Source: Candidatus Gottesmanbacteria bacterium
GTDB lineage: Bacteria; Patescibacteriota; Microgenomatia; UBA10105; UBA927
Reading direction: 5' to 3'
Length of the DNA stretch: 64,000 bases
Assembly: GCA_030679255.1 (NCBI GenBank)
Contig: JAUXTO010000022.1
Coordinates: 915 to 64,914, forward strand
The notes beneath the pieces were generated by a model that saw only the letters and a list, made by a program, of their open reading frames with translations, was not told where the DNA came from and searched no databases. Below, piece by piece: positions 1-10,150 of this stretch (positions within the stretch are counted from its first letter, which is position 1; the number at the start of each line of letters is the position of its first letter). A program made the translations under genes and the position numbers.

Positions 1-321
1 TGTCTGACGACTGATAGCTGACGACTGATGACTTTTTGTAAGTAATTGCACGTAAGGGAGAACCCAAAGTGGCCGTTAAACCCTTTGTTCTCCACAACTT
101 CGATCGATTAGTACGAGTAAACTAGAACACGTTGCCGTGCGTACATTTCTCGCCTATCAACGTTGTCATCTACAACGGATCTGAATAACGATTCTTCATC
201 TTGGGGTGGGCTTGGCGCTTGAGATGCTTTCAGCACTTATCCCTTCCGGATCTAGCTACCCTACGATGCCGGTTGTCCGACAATAGGCACACCAGGGATC
301 CGTTCCTCCCGGTCCTCTCGT

Positions 322-1100
322 CAAGTTATTCTCTTATTTCTAAGAGCTTAGACTATATCTTCACCCTGCTCCATTTGGTGCGGGGGTCGGCGTTTGATGG
401 ATTGTTACTCAATCTATCTCACTCCATCGTTGTCGCTTAGCGACATAATGATGGAGATCAGTCGTTACGGGGTCAAACAAAGTATTAAAAATCAAGTATA
501 GCTTTTATAGATTCATCTGTGTATCTCCGCTGGTGCGATTGATAATTATATTCTCGAAGAGAAATAATTACCTCTGCTACTCTCATCCGTTCTTTGTGAC
601 TCATATCAGTCAATTTTTTTCGACAAAGCAACGGAAGAATTTTTAGCAGTAATGCAACTTGTTTTTTCTTAAACCGAATAAACGGTTTAACGAGTTGCAA
701 AATACGATGGGTTTCTTCAAAGCCATTGATACGATATTCCGCCATATGATCATTACGTACAGAAATGTACCCAATGTGAAACATGCGGCGAATCCATCGC
801 AATGGTTGTACATGACGTGCATCCTGATAAAAACAGATTGTGGTCATAATTCGCCAACCAAATTTTGAATCTGATCGACGCTTAATCTGCATCATAATGC
901 TACCGTCACCATCTAAGAAACCTGCTATATACGCTACGTCTTGTATCTTTAATTCTTGTCGACTTCCCACGGTATTATCTTTGATGTTATGGTCCTCTCG
1001 CATCTATCTATCGTACCACAACTATCAGAAGACTTCACCGTTATAAGCCAATTACATTCCGATCTTTACAGATCGGAAGAGCATGACGCTCATCGCGTCT
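322..1100 (-). mobile_element. Group I-type intron in the 23S sarcin-ricin loop region (after the E. coli U2656 equivalent), encoding a LAGLIDADG homing endonuclease
   Basis: Conserved exon sequence ...CCCTAGT | ACGAGAGGACCGG (rRNA sense) is split by 779 nt. In rRNA sense the 5' exon ends in U and the insert ends in G. The insert carries the ORF 485..1003. Confidence 0.75.
485..1003 (-). CDS. LAGLIDADG homing endonuclease (single-motif type), intron-encoded
   Basis: Motif YIAGFLDGDGSI; 172 aa; sits inside the 23S intron. Confidence 0.85.
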   Translation of the reverse strand: MREDHNIKDNTVGSRQELKIQDVAYIAGFLDGDGSIMMQIKRRSDSKFGWRIMTTICFYQDARHVQPLRWIRRMFHIGYISVRNDHMAEYRINGFEETHRILQLVKPFIRFKKKQVALLLKILPLLCRKKLTDMSHKERMRVAEVIISLREYNYQSHQRRYTDESIKAILDF

Positions 1101-1139
1101 ACTAGGGAGAACTCCCCTCAAGAATCGATCGCTTGCACT

Positions 1140-1188
<49 letters not shown>

Positions 1189-1252
1189 CTTTTAACCGGC
1201 GAACAGCCGGACCCTTGGGACCTTCTCCAGCCCCAGGATAGGATGAGCCGAC

Positions 1253-1548
1253 CATGATTGTCCATTGTTTCCAATGGCATAGACTATACCACCACCCTTC
1301 ATTGTGTCATAAGGGTGTCCAGCGTGTGATAGATGTATAAAAAAATTAAATCTATCTCACCACGTTCAGTTTTCATGAACGTGGATCAGTCGTTACGGGG
1401 TTATGATGTGCCACTACGGTACATCAAACTTCCCTCGGTATTACCCTTCACTCCGGTTCAAAAGAGAAAGAGAGTTTCACCGATATGAGCTGAATTATTC
1501 AAAAAGGATTACTCCTTTAGGCGACATGATCCCGACTTCATCGGGATT
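1253..1548 (-). mobile_element. Second, ORF-less intron (~296 nt) in 23S near the E. coli ~2500 region (CCUCGAU | GUCGGCUC)
   Basis: Conserved block GAGCCGAC...ATCGAGGTGCCAAAC is interrupted between 1252 and 1549. In rRNA sense the preceding exon base is U and the last insert base is G. The exact boundary is uncertain by ~1-2 nt. Confidence 0.6.
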
Positions 1549-1595
1549 ATCGAGGTGCCAAACCGCCTCGTCGATATGGACTCTCGGAAGCGATC

Positions 1596-1628
<33 letters not shown>

Positions 1629-2955
1629 AAGCCCGGTCCCTCCCACGAGGGATCCGAGGATCACTAACACCGACTTTCGTCCCTGCTCGGCCTGTACGCC
1701 TCGCAGTCAAGCTGGCTTTTGGCGTTTGCACGACACGTCCTGGTTTCCATTCAGGATTAGCCAACCTTTGTACGCCTCCGTTACACTTTTGGAGGCAACC
1801 TCCCCAGTTAAACTGCCCACCAGACAGTGTCCTCCGCCTAGATTTTTATGTAGGCGTAAGTCAGATTTCCTCATTTCGAAGAGTGGTATTCCAGTGATGA
1901 CCGAAGTCTCCCACCTATGCTCGACAGTCAAAATAAAGTCCTCAGTGTCTAGATGCAGTAAAGCTCCACGGGGTCTTTTTGTCCAAGTGCAAGTAGGCCG
2001 CATCTTCACAGCCATTTCAATTTCGCCGGGTAATGGTTCAAGACAGTCACTACGTCGTTCTACCTTTCGTGCGGGTCGGAACTTGCCCGACAAGGAAATT
2101 CGCTACCATAGAACAATTATAGTTATTGCTGCCGTTCACCGGAGCTTGAGAAATCGGCCTCTTTGATTGCTCAAAGTCACCAACCACTCTTAACTTACCG
2201 GCACTGGGCAGGTGTCAGCCCCTATACGTTGCCTTTCGGCTTCGCAGAGACCTGTGTTTTAGTTAAACAGTCGCGTAGTGTCATTTACTGTGCCCCCGAT
2301 TGCTCGGGGAAGGGCATCTCCCATAGGTTACGCCCAGCTTTTGTTGCCGAGTTCCTTGAACCATTGTCGCCCGCTTGCCTTGGTGGTCTGCCACCAGCGC
2401 ACCTGTGTCGGTTTGCGGTACGGAAAAGAAGTGCTCCCCAACGAAACTTTTCTCGAAAACGAAACTATCTGTGTTGCCTTTGCCTCGCGGCGCGGACTCC
2501 TATTCGCTTTTCAATTAATCGCAATAACGGATTTACCAATTATCACTATTTCAAAGCTTAAATCCCGACGAATCGAGACACGGACACGTTTCATTTTGTC
2601 ATTCCTTTGGGTCTTCATCGACACTCCCTTGTAACGGAATATCAACCGTTTCTACATCGAGCTACGCCATTGTGGCCTCGCCTTAGATCCGACTTACCCG
2701 AAGTCGACGAACGTTGCTTCGGAAACCTTGCGCATTCGGCATGGATGATTCTCACATCCAAACGCTACTCATACCGGCATTCTCACTTCTGTCCGCTCCA
2801 ACCCGCCTTACAGCGGCATCTTCACTGCAAACAGAACGCTCCCCTACCACACTATTGCCTTGCGGCAACAATATCTCAATCTTCGGCCCTTTGCTTAAGC
2901 CTCGATCATTTTCGGCGCCACGGCTTTCATCCAGTGAGCTGTTACGCTTTCTTTA

Positions 2956-2986
<31 letters not shown>

Positions 2987-4455
2987 GTGTCTGTAAACCA
3001 TGACTTCCTTAACCACTGAGCAAAGAGTTAGAGGCCTTAGATGTGAGTCAGGGCTGTTTCCCTTTTGACGCACGAGCTTAGCCCCGCACGTCTGACTGGC
3101 CGAATAACGATGTAAGTATTCGGAGTTTGGTTGAAGACGGTTCCTTGCGAAACCGTTATCATTCAGTGCTCTACCACTCCATCGCTTGATCGGCCGCTAT
3201 ACCAAAATATATTTCGGGGAGAACCAGCTATCTCCGGGTTCGATAGGCATATTACCCCTAACCACAGGTCGTCCCACAGATTTGAAACTCTGACGGGTTC
3301 GGGCCTCCATCCCGCTTTCGCGGGACTTCACCCTGCCCATGGTTAGCTCACCCGGTTTCGGGTCTCATCCGTGCTACAAACGGGCTATTCACCCTCGCTT
3401 TCACTATGTCTCCGTCGCTTGAAGCGACTTAGACCGCAGCACAGAAGAACTCACCGGTTCATTCTTCAATAGGCACGTGATTACCCCTTGCAGGGCTCTC
3501 ACTGTTTGTTAGCTGACAATTTCAGGTACTATTTCATTCCCCTTCCGGGGTGCTTTTCACCTTTCCCTCACGGTACTCGTTCACTATCGGTGCACTCATG
3601 TATTTAGTCTTGGAGGATGGTTCCCCCAGCTTCCCGCAGGACCTTCGTGTCCCACGGTACTTGGGAACGGAATAAAGGTATTGAAAGTTTCGGATACGAG
3701 GCTTTCACTCTCTCTGGCCACCTATTCCGAGATGTTCTCCTACCTTCAATACTCCTATGACTCCCGCCCCACAACCCCACACCTTGCGGTATGGTTTAGA
3801 CTGTTCCGCGTTCGCTCGCCGCTACTAACGGAATCTCATTACGATTTATATTCCTCGCGTTACTTAGATGTTTCAGTTCACGCGGTGCCCCACCCATTGC
3901 TATAACAACCTTACGGCTGCCTTTACGATGGGTTGACCAACTCACGTTGGCCGGATTTCTCCATTCGGAAACCGCCGGATCGCGAGAGTATGGCTCCTCC
4001 CCGGCGACTATCGTGGCCATATACGTCCTTCCTCGGCATGAGCGCCCAAGGCATCCATTGTCAGCTTGTAGCGTTGCAGAGAACAAAAGGTTTTTTTGTC
4101 CCCTTTCTAAAAAAATTATTACCCTCGTTAAAATTTCTTGCGAAATCTTTCATTCGGGCTGAAGGGTGATCCACATATGGATTCCCCCTTACGATGCAAC
4201 TACTTGTATATTTTCTATCCGACCCGGAATTTCACCTTGTCGGATAAAGTCATTATCGTTATTGTTAATGAGCAAGCTCACAATTTAGGAAAAAGTATCT
4301 AGTATAGAGGAATCCTAAATACTACATACTCGTCCCTAACCCCTGCGAAATTTCTTACGTTGTGGACCCGGGCAGAGTTTTACCCCGTACCACCGCTCTT
4401 GCGAGGTCCCGCTAAGCGGGACGAGCAAGTAAGGTTGGTTCGGGGCGAACCGTCC

Positions 4456-4531
4456 TGGTGGACCGTGGGAGATTCGAACTCCCGACCTCAGCATTGCAAA
4501 TGCTGCGCTCTACCAGCTAAGCTAACGGCCC
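4456..4531 (-). tRNA. tRNA-Ala (anticodon UGC)
   Basis: RC reads GGGCCGTTAGCTTAGCTGGTAGAGCGCAGCATTTGCAATGCTGAGGTCGGGAGTTCGAATCTCCCACGGTCCACCA, which folds as a cloverleaf with the G3:U70 alanine identity pair, anticodon TGC and an encoded CCA. Confidence 0.9.
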
Positions 4532-4703
4532 GTCGGCTTCGCTCGGAATCAAAAAACCCCGCCTTGGCGTGCGGGGCATCATTTCTCTCTTCAGAGAGAA
4601 AACTCTCAATCAACGCGCAAACGTCTCCGTAACGGATTTCGGTTTGTATATTGATTGATTGTTCTCATGAAAAAGGAAAAGATAGCTCGCACTCGCAATA
4701 GCT

Positions 4704-4955
4704 TTGCTATTCTACCGCGCGGTTGCACCCCCTGTCAACACCCGCTACAATTGCCTCATGCATCTCTGGGACTACCGCGAAAAAGACTTGAAAAAAACCG
4801 CCTGGGGCCGTCGCTATATCCTCCAGAATATGATTAACTTGGGCCCCGGCCGGCGTAAGATATCCAAAAAGCTCGTCAAAAAGTATTGGTTCGACCTGGA
4901 TATCGATCCGCTCCGGCGCAATTTACTCCGCTATCTCATATGGGGCAAACGCTGA
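4704..4955 (+). CDS. Small hypothetical protein with LWDY motif, partner of a DUF1814-type nucleotidyltransferase
   Basis: 83 aa; overlaps the start of the downstream NTase gene; paralog of 6275..6526 (shared LWDY motif). Confidence 0.5.
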   Translation: MLFYRAVAPPVNTRYNCLMHLWDYREKDLKKTAWGRRYILQNMINLGPGRRKISKKLVKKYWFDLDIDPLRRNLLRYLIWGKR

Positions 4956-5605
4956 CGCACCATTTCACCGATATACAACAACAATTTCTTGACCAAGTCC
5001 GTCGTGAGTCATATCTCGTCGAAAAATTTTACCTCACCGGCGGCACCGCCCTTTCCGCTTGTTACCTCAATCACCGGGAGAGCGAGGATATTGACCTGTT
5101 TACCGACGCACCTTTTGAAGAATCCACGGTCATTGCCGCTGTAGGAAGAATTGTCACCCATCTCCATGCCAAGTCAACGCTTGCCAAAATCCATGAGCGT
5201 CTGCGTTACGACCTTTCGTTTCCCAAAGGTGGGCTTCTGAAAATTGACTTTGTCTTCTACGATTTCAAACATCTCGAACCAACCAATATCCTGGATGGAC
5301 TTGCCGTTGACACGATCGGCGATATCGCCGTCAATAAGCTCCTCGCGTTGAGCCAGCGCACGGCATCTAAAGATTTTGTGGATTTGTATTTTCTTTTAAA
5401 GAAATACACCATCTGGGATTTACGTCAGTCTGTGGAGCACAAATTTAAGCTGGACATCGATCCCCTCTATCTCTCCGCGCTCTTTGCCAAAGCCGAAGAC
5501 CTGACTGATATGCCCATCATGAAGAAAAAGTTATCCCTCGAAGTCCTCAAGAAGTTTTTTCTGAAGCAAGCCAAAATCCTCGCCGCCCCCCTCCTCAAAC
5601 CGTGA
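4940..5605 (+). CDS. Nucleotidyltransferase, AbiEii/DUF1814-like (putative toxin)
   Basis: Motif FYLTGGTALSACYLNHRESEDIDLF. The start is taken at the internal Met to avoid a long overlap. Confidence 0.7.
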   Translation: MGQTLTHHFTDIQQQFLDQVRRESYLVEKFYLTGGTALSACYLNHRESEDIDLFTDAPFEESTVIAAVGRIVTHLHAKSTLAKIHERLRYDLSFPKGGLLKIDFVFYDFKHLEPTNILDGLAVDTIGDIAVNKLLALSQRTASKDFVDLYFLLKKYTIWDLRQSVEHKFKLDIDPLYLSALFAKAEDLTDMPIMKKKLSLEVLKKFFLKQAKILAAPLLKP

Positions 5606-5627
5606 CACTCTTTCGTCAAAAAAAAAA

Positions 5628-6305
5628 CTATTGCGGCTTTATGTTCAAAAGCAATTGTCGTGAGAGGTCTTGATAAAAAATTTTGATAGCATCCCATGGC
5701 AAATCCACAAGCATGGTGGGGTACGTCACGAGATCGGTAACTTTATCCAATGCATACGATAAAAATATTTCCTCTAGTCCCACATCTTTGCGTTTTGCTA
5801 AAGCAAATAAATGGTCAAAGGTAAAATCTGTTTTTTTCAAAATCCAATACAAATCGATAAAATCTTTCGCATCGGTTCTCCCAAAAACAGCGAGTATTTT
5901 GTTTGCTCCGATGTTTTCCAACGCGTCTAATCGGATACCGTCCTTTTGGACGATCTCACCAAAATGAATCGGCACATCTTTGACCACATCGATCTTGAGC
6001 CCCACACCGTGGGCATCTTCACATATGTACTGGAGAAATGCATCAACAGAAATAGTTCTCACCACGGAGAGTCCGAGTCCGGATACCATGGACAATATGG
6101 CTTGATGGGTATCGGCAAAATCCATACCTTGATTTTGCGTAAAGAGATCGACGTCTACGCTTTCCCGATGATGAAAATAAAATCTGGCGAGTGCCGTTCC
6201 ACCGGTAAGGTAAAAATCATTACCAAGCTGACTGCGGAAAAAGACCGATAAGAATCTATCCTGTAATGCGTCGTTTACTCCCATATGGAAAATGCGTGTT
6301 CCCAA
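5628..6305 (-). CDS. Nucleotidyltransferase, AbiEii/DUF1814-like (putative toxin)
   Basis: Motif FYLTGGTALARFYFHHRESVDVDLF; paralog of 4940..5605, convergently oriented. Confidence 0.7.
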   Translation of the reverse strand: MGTRIFHMGVNDALQDRFLSVFFRSQLGNDFYLTGGTALARFYFHHRESVDVDLFTQNQGMDFADTHQAILSMVSGLGLSVVRTISVDAFLQYICEDAHGVGLKIDVVKDVPIHFGEIVQKDGIRLDALENIGANKILAVFGRTDAKDFIDLYWILKKTDFTFDHLFALAKRKDVGLEEIFLSYALDKVTDLVTYPTMLVDLPWDAIKIFYQDLSRQLLLNIKPQ

Positions 6306-6526
6306 ACTCGTCGAATCGGGGCCTTTAATTTTAGCTCATGGAAGGAAGACTTCAATTCATCATAGGTCATATAGTTCCATACATCCTGGTATCTTGCGCT
6401 TTCTATGATCCGGGACATCATCCAAATTTTTTCCGTCTCATTATCCCCACGCAAAATCTCCCGCACCTGTTGGTCGGTCAGATCATAATCCCACAAAAAA
6501 TATGGCCGCTTGGCTTTGTCAGTCAT
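6275..6526 (-). CDS. Small hypothetical protein (LWDY motif), putative cognate partner of 5628..6305
   Basis: 83 aa; motif FLWDYDLTDQQ similar to 4704..4955; overlaps the NTase start. Confidence 0.5.
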   Translation of the reverse strand: MTDKAKRPYFLWDYDLTDQQVREILRGDNETEKIWMMSRIIESARYQDVWNYMTYDELKSSFHELKLKAPIRRVWEHAFSIWE

Positions 6527-6620
6527 GGATATAGTGTACCACGCCCGCCCCCCTCCTCAAACCGTAACTCTCATTATTTTTCTCGTTCTATCATTGGTAG
6601 TATTTGATATTGGTAGTATT

Positions 6621-6691
6621 GTCCCGATGCTGACCCCCGATTCTTATCGGAATTACAGCCGTCGTGGATCCCGCTTCGCGGGAGTAGTATT
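6621..6691. repeat. ~70-nt hairpin-forming repeat element, copy 1
   Basis: GTCCCGATGCTGACCCCCGATTCTTATCGGAATTACAGCCGTCGTGGATCCCGCTTCGCGGGAGTAGTATT, flanked by TTGGTAGTATT repeats. Confidence 0.8.
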
Positions 6692-6763
6692 AAATTCTCT
6701 CTCCTCCCTCCTCCTCCTTCTTCCTATTTTCTCCTATTTTCTCCTAGTTTCTCCTAGTTTCTC

Positions 6764-8596
6764 CTACCCTCTCTTCTCCCTCGCCATTTGCTCTTGCTTC
6801 GCTTGATCCTTTTTAACACCCGATTGTACTTTCAAGTAGTCTTCCATAGACGGCGGCCACTGACCGCTCTGCTCATAATAGCTTCGCAGTCCCTGATCCA
6901 TGCCTTCCGTCCACGCTTTATATTCACCTTGCCGACGACCCTTCTCTTCCATGCTATTTCGTAGCCCTTGTTCTTTTTGTATGCGCTCCTCATCTTCACG
7001 CATTTCAGCGATAGTCTGGACTGTCTTCCGGTATTTTTCAGGGACGAGATCCGGATTCTTTGCTGCTACCCGGACCCCTTTGTCGAGCACCTCCCCCACA
7101 GCTTTTGCATGCTCCGCGAGCCTACCTGACCCGATGTAATCTTCCACCTTCGCCGCGGCTACACCAAAAAACTCCGCCACTTTGGCCCCCAACCTCAAGC
7201 TGATATGCGCCGGCCCCACGCCTAATGCAATGCCTACACCCCCAACGCCGGGTACTAATGATTCGGCTACTCCTAAAGTAGGCAAATGCTTATCAATATA
7301 ATCATTAGGAATATTCTTTAAAGGAGTTTTCCAGTGTTTACCCATCTGTAATCTGTAATAAAAGTTTTGCAACCAATTAATATTGCTCTTGCCTATTTTG
7401 CCATCGATGACATTTTCCGTCTGCAAAGGATTTTGCAACCCCTTCCCCATCAAGACCAACCCCAATCCACTCAATGAAAAATCAACAACGGTTGAAGCAA
7501 TACCAAAGAATTTCCCCACCTTTCGCCACGTCTCCCCAGTCTTTTCAAACGCTGCGTACCGCTCTGTCTCTTTGATGTTCGCAAGGATATTTTTATGTGC
7601 GTTCACCCATGACTTCTCCACTCCCCCCGGCCCCACCCGTTCCCACCAGCCCGCCACCATCCGTTTCACCGCCCCCACCGCCGGATGTGTTGCTTCACCC
7701 TCTCCCCTTACAATCGGCTTGAACTCTTCCGGTTTTCCGACGCCTACATACTGGATATCGGTACTTTGCTCTCCCATAAATCCTTCTTTCTTCTTCAGTA
7801 TTATTGTACTGCCTCCCTGGATTGGATGCAGCATCCGTGTGCCGATCCCCGGGACGGTGAAGGTGAGGTCATCAATCAATGGTTCATGGATTCGATCGCT
7901 CGCCGACTGTTTGAGATACGCATCGTAATCCGACGTCGTTTTCATGCTGTAGCCCAGTCCCACCCGCCGCTTTGCTTCTGAGAGGTAACTTGACGCACAC
8001 GCAACGACATCAAACCCTAATTCACCCGCAAGCCGCCCAAGGACATGAAAGTCACCCCTTCCAATCGGTCCGATGTGGATATGCCGGCCCACCCGCAGAA
8101 GTTCACGAAACACTCCCTCCCTCTGTTCGGCCGGTATCTGATATGTGGACCACAGGGCCAAAACATGGTCAAACGATCCGTCGGCAAACGGTATCTTCCG
8201 TCCGTCATACTGCACAAATGTTTTATCCTTGACTCCCAGGAAGCTTTTTTGCAGCGCCCGCACTTTCGTCGTATCCCCACCAAACTTTTCGAGAAGCCGG
8301 CGATAAAGATCCAAACTAAGCGTCGCCCCATACCGCACCACGTCGTTTGCGCTAATGAGCGGTTCCTTGATGATATCCAAATTGACAACCGTCGATGGTA
8401 CACCCCGCTCCCCCAATTGCTGCTCCAAGTGCGTCAGTCCCGGCCCGAAATTGAGGACTGTTTCCCCGCGCAAAAGCTCCGCATCAAAGCCGAGTATGCG
8501 TTCATACGTTTTGAGCCCCCTGCCCGTAATAATCTCTCCCTCAAGGCTCTTCGGTTGTTGTGTTTGTAGTATTTTTGGGGATTCAATGGATTCCAT
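6764..8596 (-). CDS. Large hypothetical protein with a class-I SAM-methyltransferase-like N-terminal domain
   Basis: Motifs VLNFGPG, VVNLD, PFADGSFDHVLA; long C-terminal region of unknown function. Confidence 0.5.
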   Translation of the reverse strand: MESIESPKILQTQQPKSLEGEIITGRGLKTYERILGFDAELLRGETVLNFGPGLTHLEQQLGERGVPSTVVNLDIIKEPLISANDVVRYGATLSLDLYRRLLEKFGGDTTKVRALQKSFLGVKDKTFVQYDGRKIPFADGSFDHVLALWSTYQIPAEQREGVFRELLRVGRHIHIGPIGRGDFHVLGRLAGELGFDVVACASSYLSEAKRRVGLGYSMKTTSDYDAYLKQSASDRIHEPLIDDLTFTVPGIGTRMLHPIQGGSTIILKKKEGFMGEQSTDIQYVGVGKPEEFKPIVRGEGEATHPAVGAVKRMVAGWWERVGPGGVEKSWVNAHKNILANIKETERYAAFEKTGETWRKVGKFFGIASTVVDFSLSGLGLVLMGKGLQNPLQTENVIDGKIGKSNINWLQNFYYRLQMGKHWKTPLKNIPNDYIDKHLPTLGVAESLVPGVGGVGIALGVGPAHISLRLGAKVAEFFGVAAAKVEDYIGSGRLAEHAKAVGEVLDKGVRVAAKNPDLVPEKYRKTVQTIAEMREDEERIQKEQGLRNSMEEKGRRQGEYKAWTEGMDQGLRSYYEQSGQWPPSMEDYLKVQSGVKKDQAKQEQMAREKRG

Positions 8597-8652
8597 TATA
8601 TGTATATGAACCTTCCAGGTTACGTAGGTTTGAACATCCTACTTTTTGCTCA

Positions 8653-8940
8653 TTAATTGGGTATTACGTCATTCAACCCCGTACGTATTTTCGCGGTAGA
8701 AGCGCGGATCCGATCACTATCCGCAGGCGCCGCATCTCGATCAATGCTATCAAGCTCTTCATTAATATTGGATTTAAACGTCCCCGTCGCCGTGTTATAT
8801 TTCGCGTCATACTCGTCAATAATTTCCTCGAGTTTCACCCGGTCCCCACCCGTGATCGCATCAAAACCGGCCAGGATATCTATCTTCTCCTTGTCCGTAA
8901 ACAGCTTCGTCTCCTGTACTTTTTTTTTCAATGGATCCAT
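8653..8940 (-). CDS. Small helical protein, paralog family A
   Basis: 95 aa; pattern LF/LS-D-x-x-KI-x-IL...D...; related to 11626, 13023 and 18423. Confidence 0.6.
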   Translation of the reverse strand: MDPLKKKVQETKLFTDKEKIDILAGFDAITGGDRVKLEEIIDEYDAKYNTATGTFKSNINEELDSIDRDAAPADSDRIRASTAKIRTGLNDVIPN

Positions 8941-8994
8941 ATCGTTGTGTCATTCCGGCGAACGCCGGAATCCATCCTGATTACATAACCTTAC

Positions 8995-9050
8995 TGTAGT
9001 ATTTTTTCTTATTCGCTTATTCACTTATTCCATTATTCTCTTATTTGCTT
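8995..9050. repeat. TTATTCN / ATTATTC repeat array (intergenic)
   Basis: ttattcgcttattcacttattccattattctcttatttgcttattg; also at 26925-27000 and 35870-35960. Confidence 0.8.
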
Positions 9051-9688
9051 ATTGCCGCAGCGGCTTCCTCCCTCTTCGCCGCCAGCCCAAAAAATCCTTC
9101 AAACATATTGCGCAACCCTCCCACGATCGGTGGATTGAGACCCGGAACTTGTCCGAGGAACCAGTCTATTTTTGCCAAAGGTTGCAACTCTGTATCCATC
9201 TTTCTGATAAATTTACTGTATACCCAACCAGATAGCTCTACTCCCGCATAATATCCAGCCGCCGATCCGGCAAGCCCCCCACCAATAAATCCTGTATACA
9301 GACCGGCACCAAAACCTAAAACGGATGCAGGGATAGCTCCTGGCCCAGTCGAAGAAAATCCTGCAAGCCCGGCCAATCCGCCGATTACTCCCCCTGCAAG
9401 TCCCCCACCCACGGCTCCGCCAAGAGCCCCAAGCCCGGCGCCAAATCCCGCGGTTGCCGTACTTAATGATGTGAGCGCAATCCCATATGCGGTTTCTTTA
9501 AGCCCCGCCCGCCGGAGCACATCCGCGTTAAGCGTTTGGAGCTTGAGTCTGGCCTCCCGATCCGCCTCATTGATCCCATCACTCACTTTTTTGAGCTCAG
9601 TATTCCACCGCTCAAAAAACCGCTCAGCGAAGTTCTTCTTCTCCGCCCTCTCAGGTGTCATTACTGGCCTGTCCATCGTTTCTGTCAT
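9041..9688 (-). CDS. Glycine-zipper membrane protein (hypothetical)
   Basis: GGAVGGGLAGGVIGGLAGLAG GxxxG repeats; 215 aa. Confidence 0.55.
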   Translation of the reverse strand: MTETMDRPVMTPERAEKKNFAERFFERWNTELKKVSDGINEADREARLKLQTLNADVLRRAGLKETAYGIALTSLSTATAGFGAGLGALGGAVGGGLAGGVIGGLAGLAGFSSTGPGAIPASVLGFGAGLYTGFIGGGLAGSAAGYYAGVELSGWVYSKFIRKMDTELQPLAKIDWFLGQVPGLNPPIVGGLRNMFEGFFGLAAKREEAAAAISK

Positions 9689-9711
9689 AGGTAATACATC
9701 ACAAAAAAATT

Positions 9712-9918
9712 TTAAGACGAGATGCCTTTTTTATAATCCTCAAGAATCTGTCGATAACGATAATACTGAGCAATGTTCATAAGCATCCCCACGGGTTTTG
9801 AACGATGGACGACACACACCGGTTCGCCCAGCTCTTCAGCGACTTTTATGACTCCCAAAGGATCTTCCCGCAGGTCAGAAATGGATTTAATGGATTTTGG
9901 ATTAAGCATACATCTCAC
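9712..9918 (-). CDS. Phd/YefM-like antitoxin (orphan)
   Basis: 68 aa; ISDLRE...GEPV...SKPVGMLM pattern. Confidence 0.45.
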   Translation of the reverse strand: MRCMLNPKSIKSISDLREDPLGVIKVAEELGEPVCVVHRSKPVGMLMNIAQYYRYRQILEDYKKGISS

Positions 9919-9984
9919 CTCTATCTGAGATGAATATAGAGGTTTATCTCCTATTTGTCAATTTTTTCTCTTGTTTGATCATTG

Positions 9985-10060
9985 TTATATTTGGTCATTG
10001 GTCATTGTATGTTTGGTCATTGGTCATTATTGTTTGGTCATTGGGATTTGTGATTTGGAA
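9985..10060. repeat. TTGGTCATTGG / GGATTTG repeat array (intergenic); same family inserted in recF and yjeF
   Basis: ttggtcattggtcattgtatgtttggtcattggtcattattgtttggtcattgggatttgtgatttggaatttcc. Compare 61765-61805 and 62318-62360 (recF) and 60895-60945 (yjeF), all ending ...CAATGACCAA. Confidence 0.75.
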
Positions 10061-10150
10061 TTTCCTTGCCTTCCCCTTTCATCTCCCCTTTTTCTGTCAT
10101 ACAATGGATAGTGTATAGAAAAATAAGTTATTTATACAAGTTCAATCATC

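Noticed and set aside
1-100. 5S rRNA downstream of the 23S 3' end
   Set aside because: Only ~70 nt remain before the window start, and they contain the GACGACTGA repeat rather than a 5S-like sequence. 5S cannot be assessed here.
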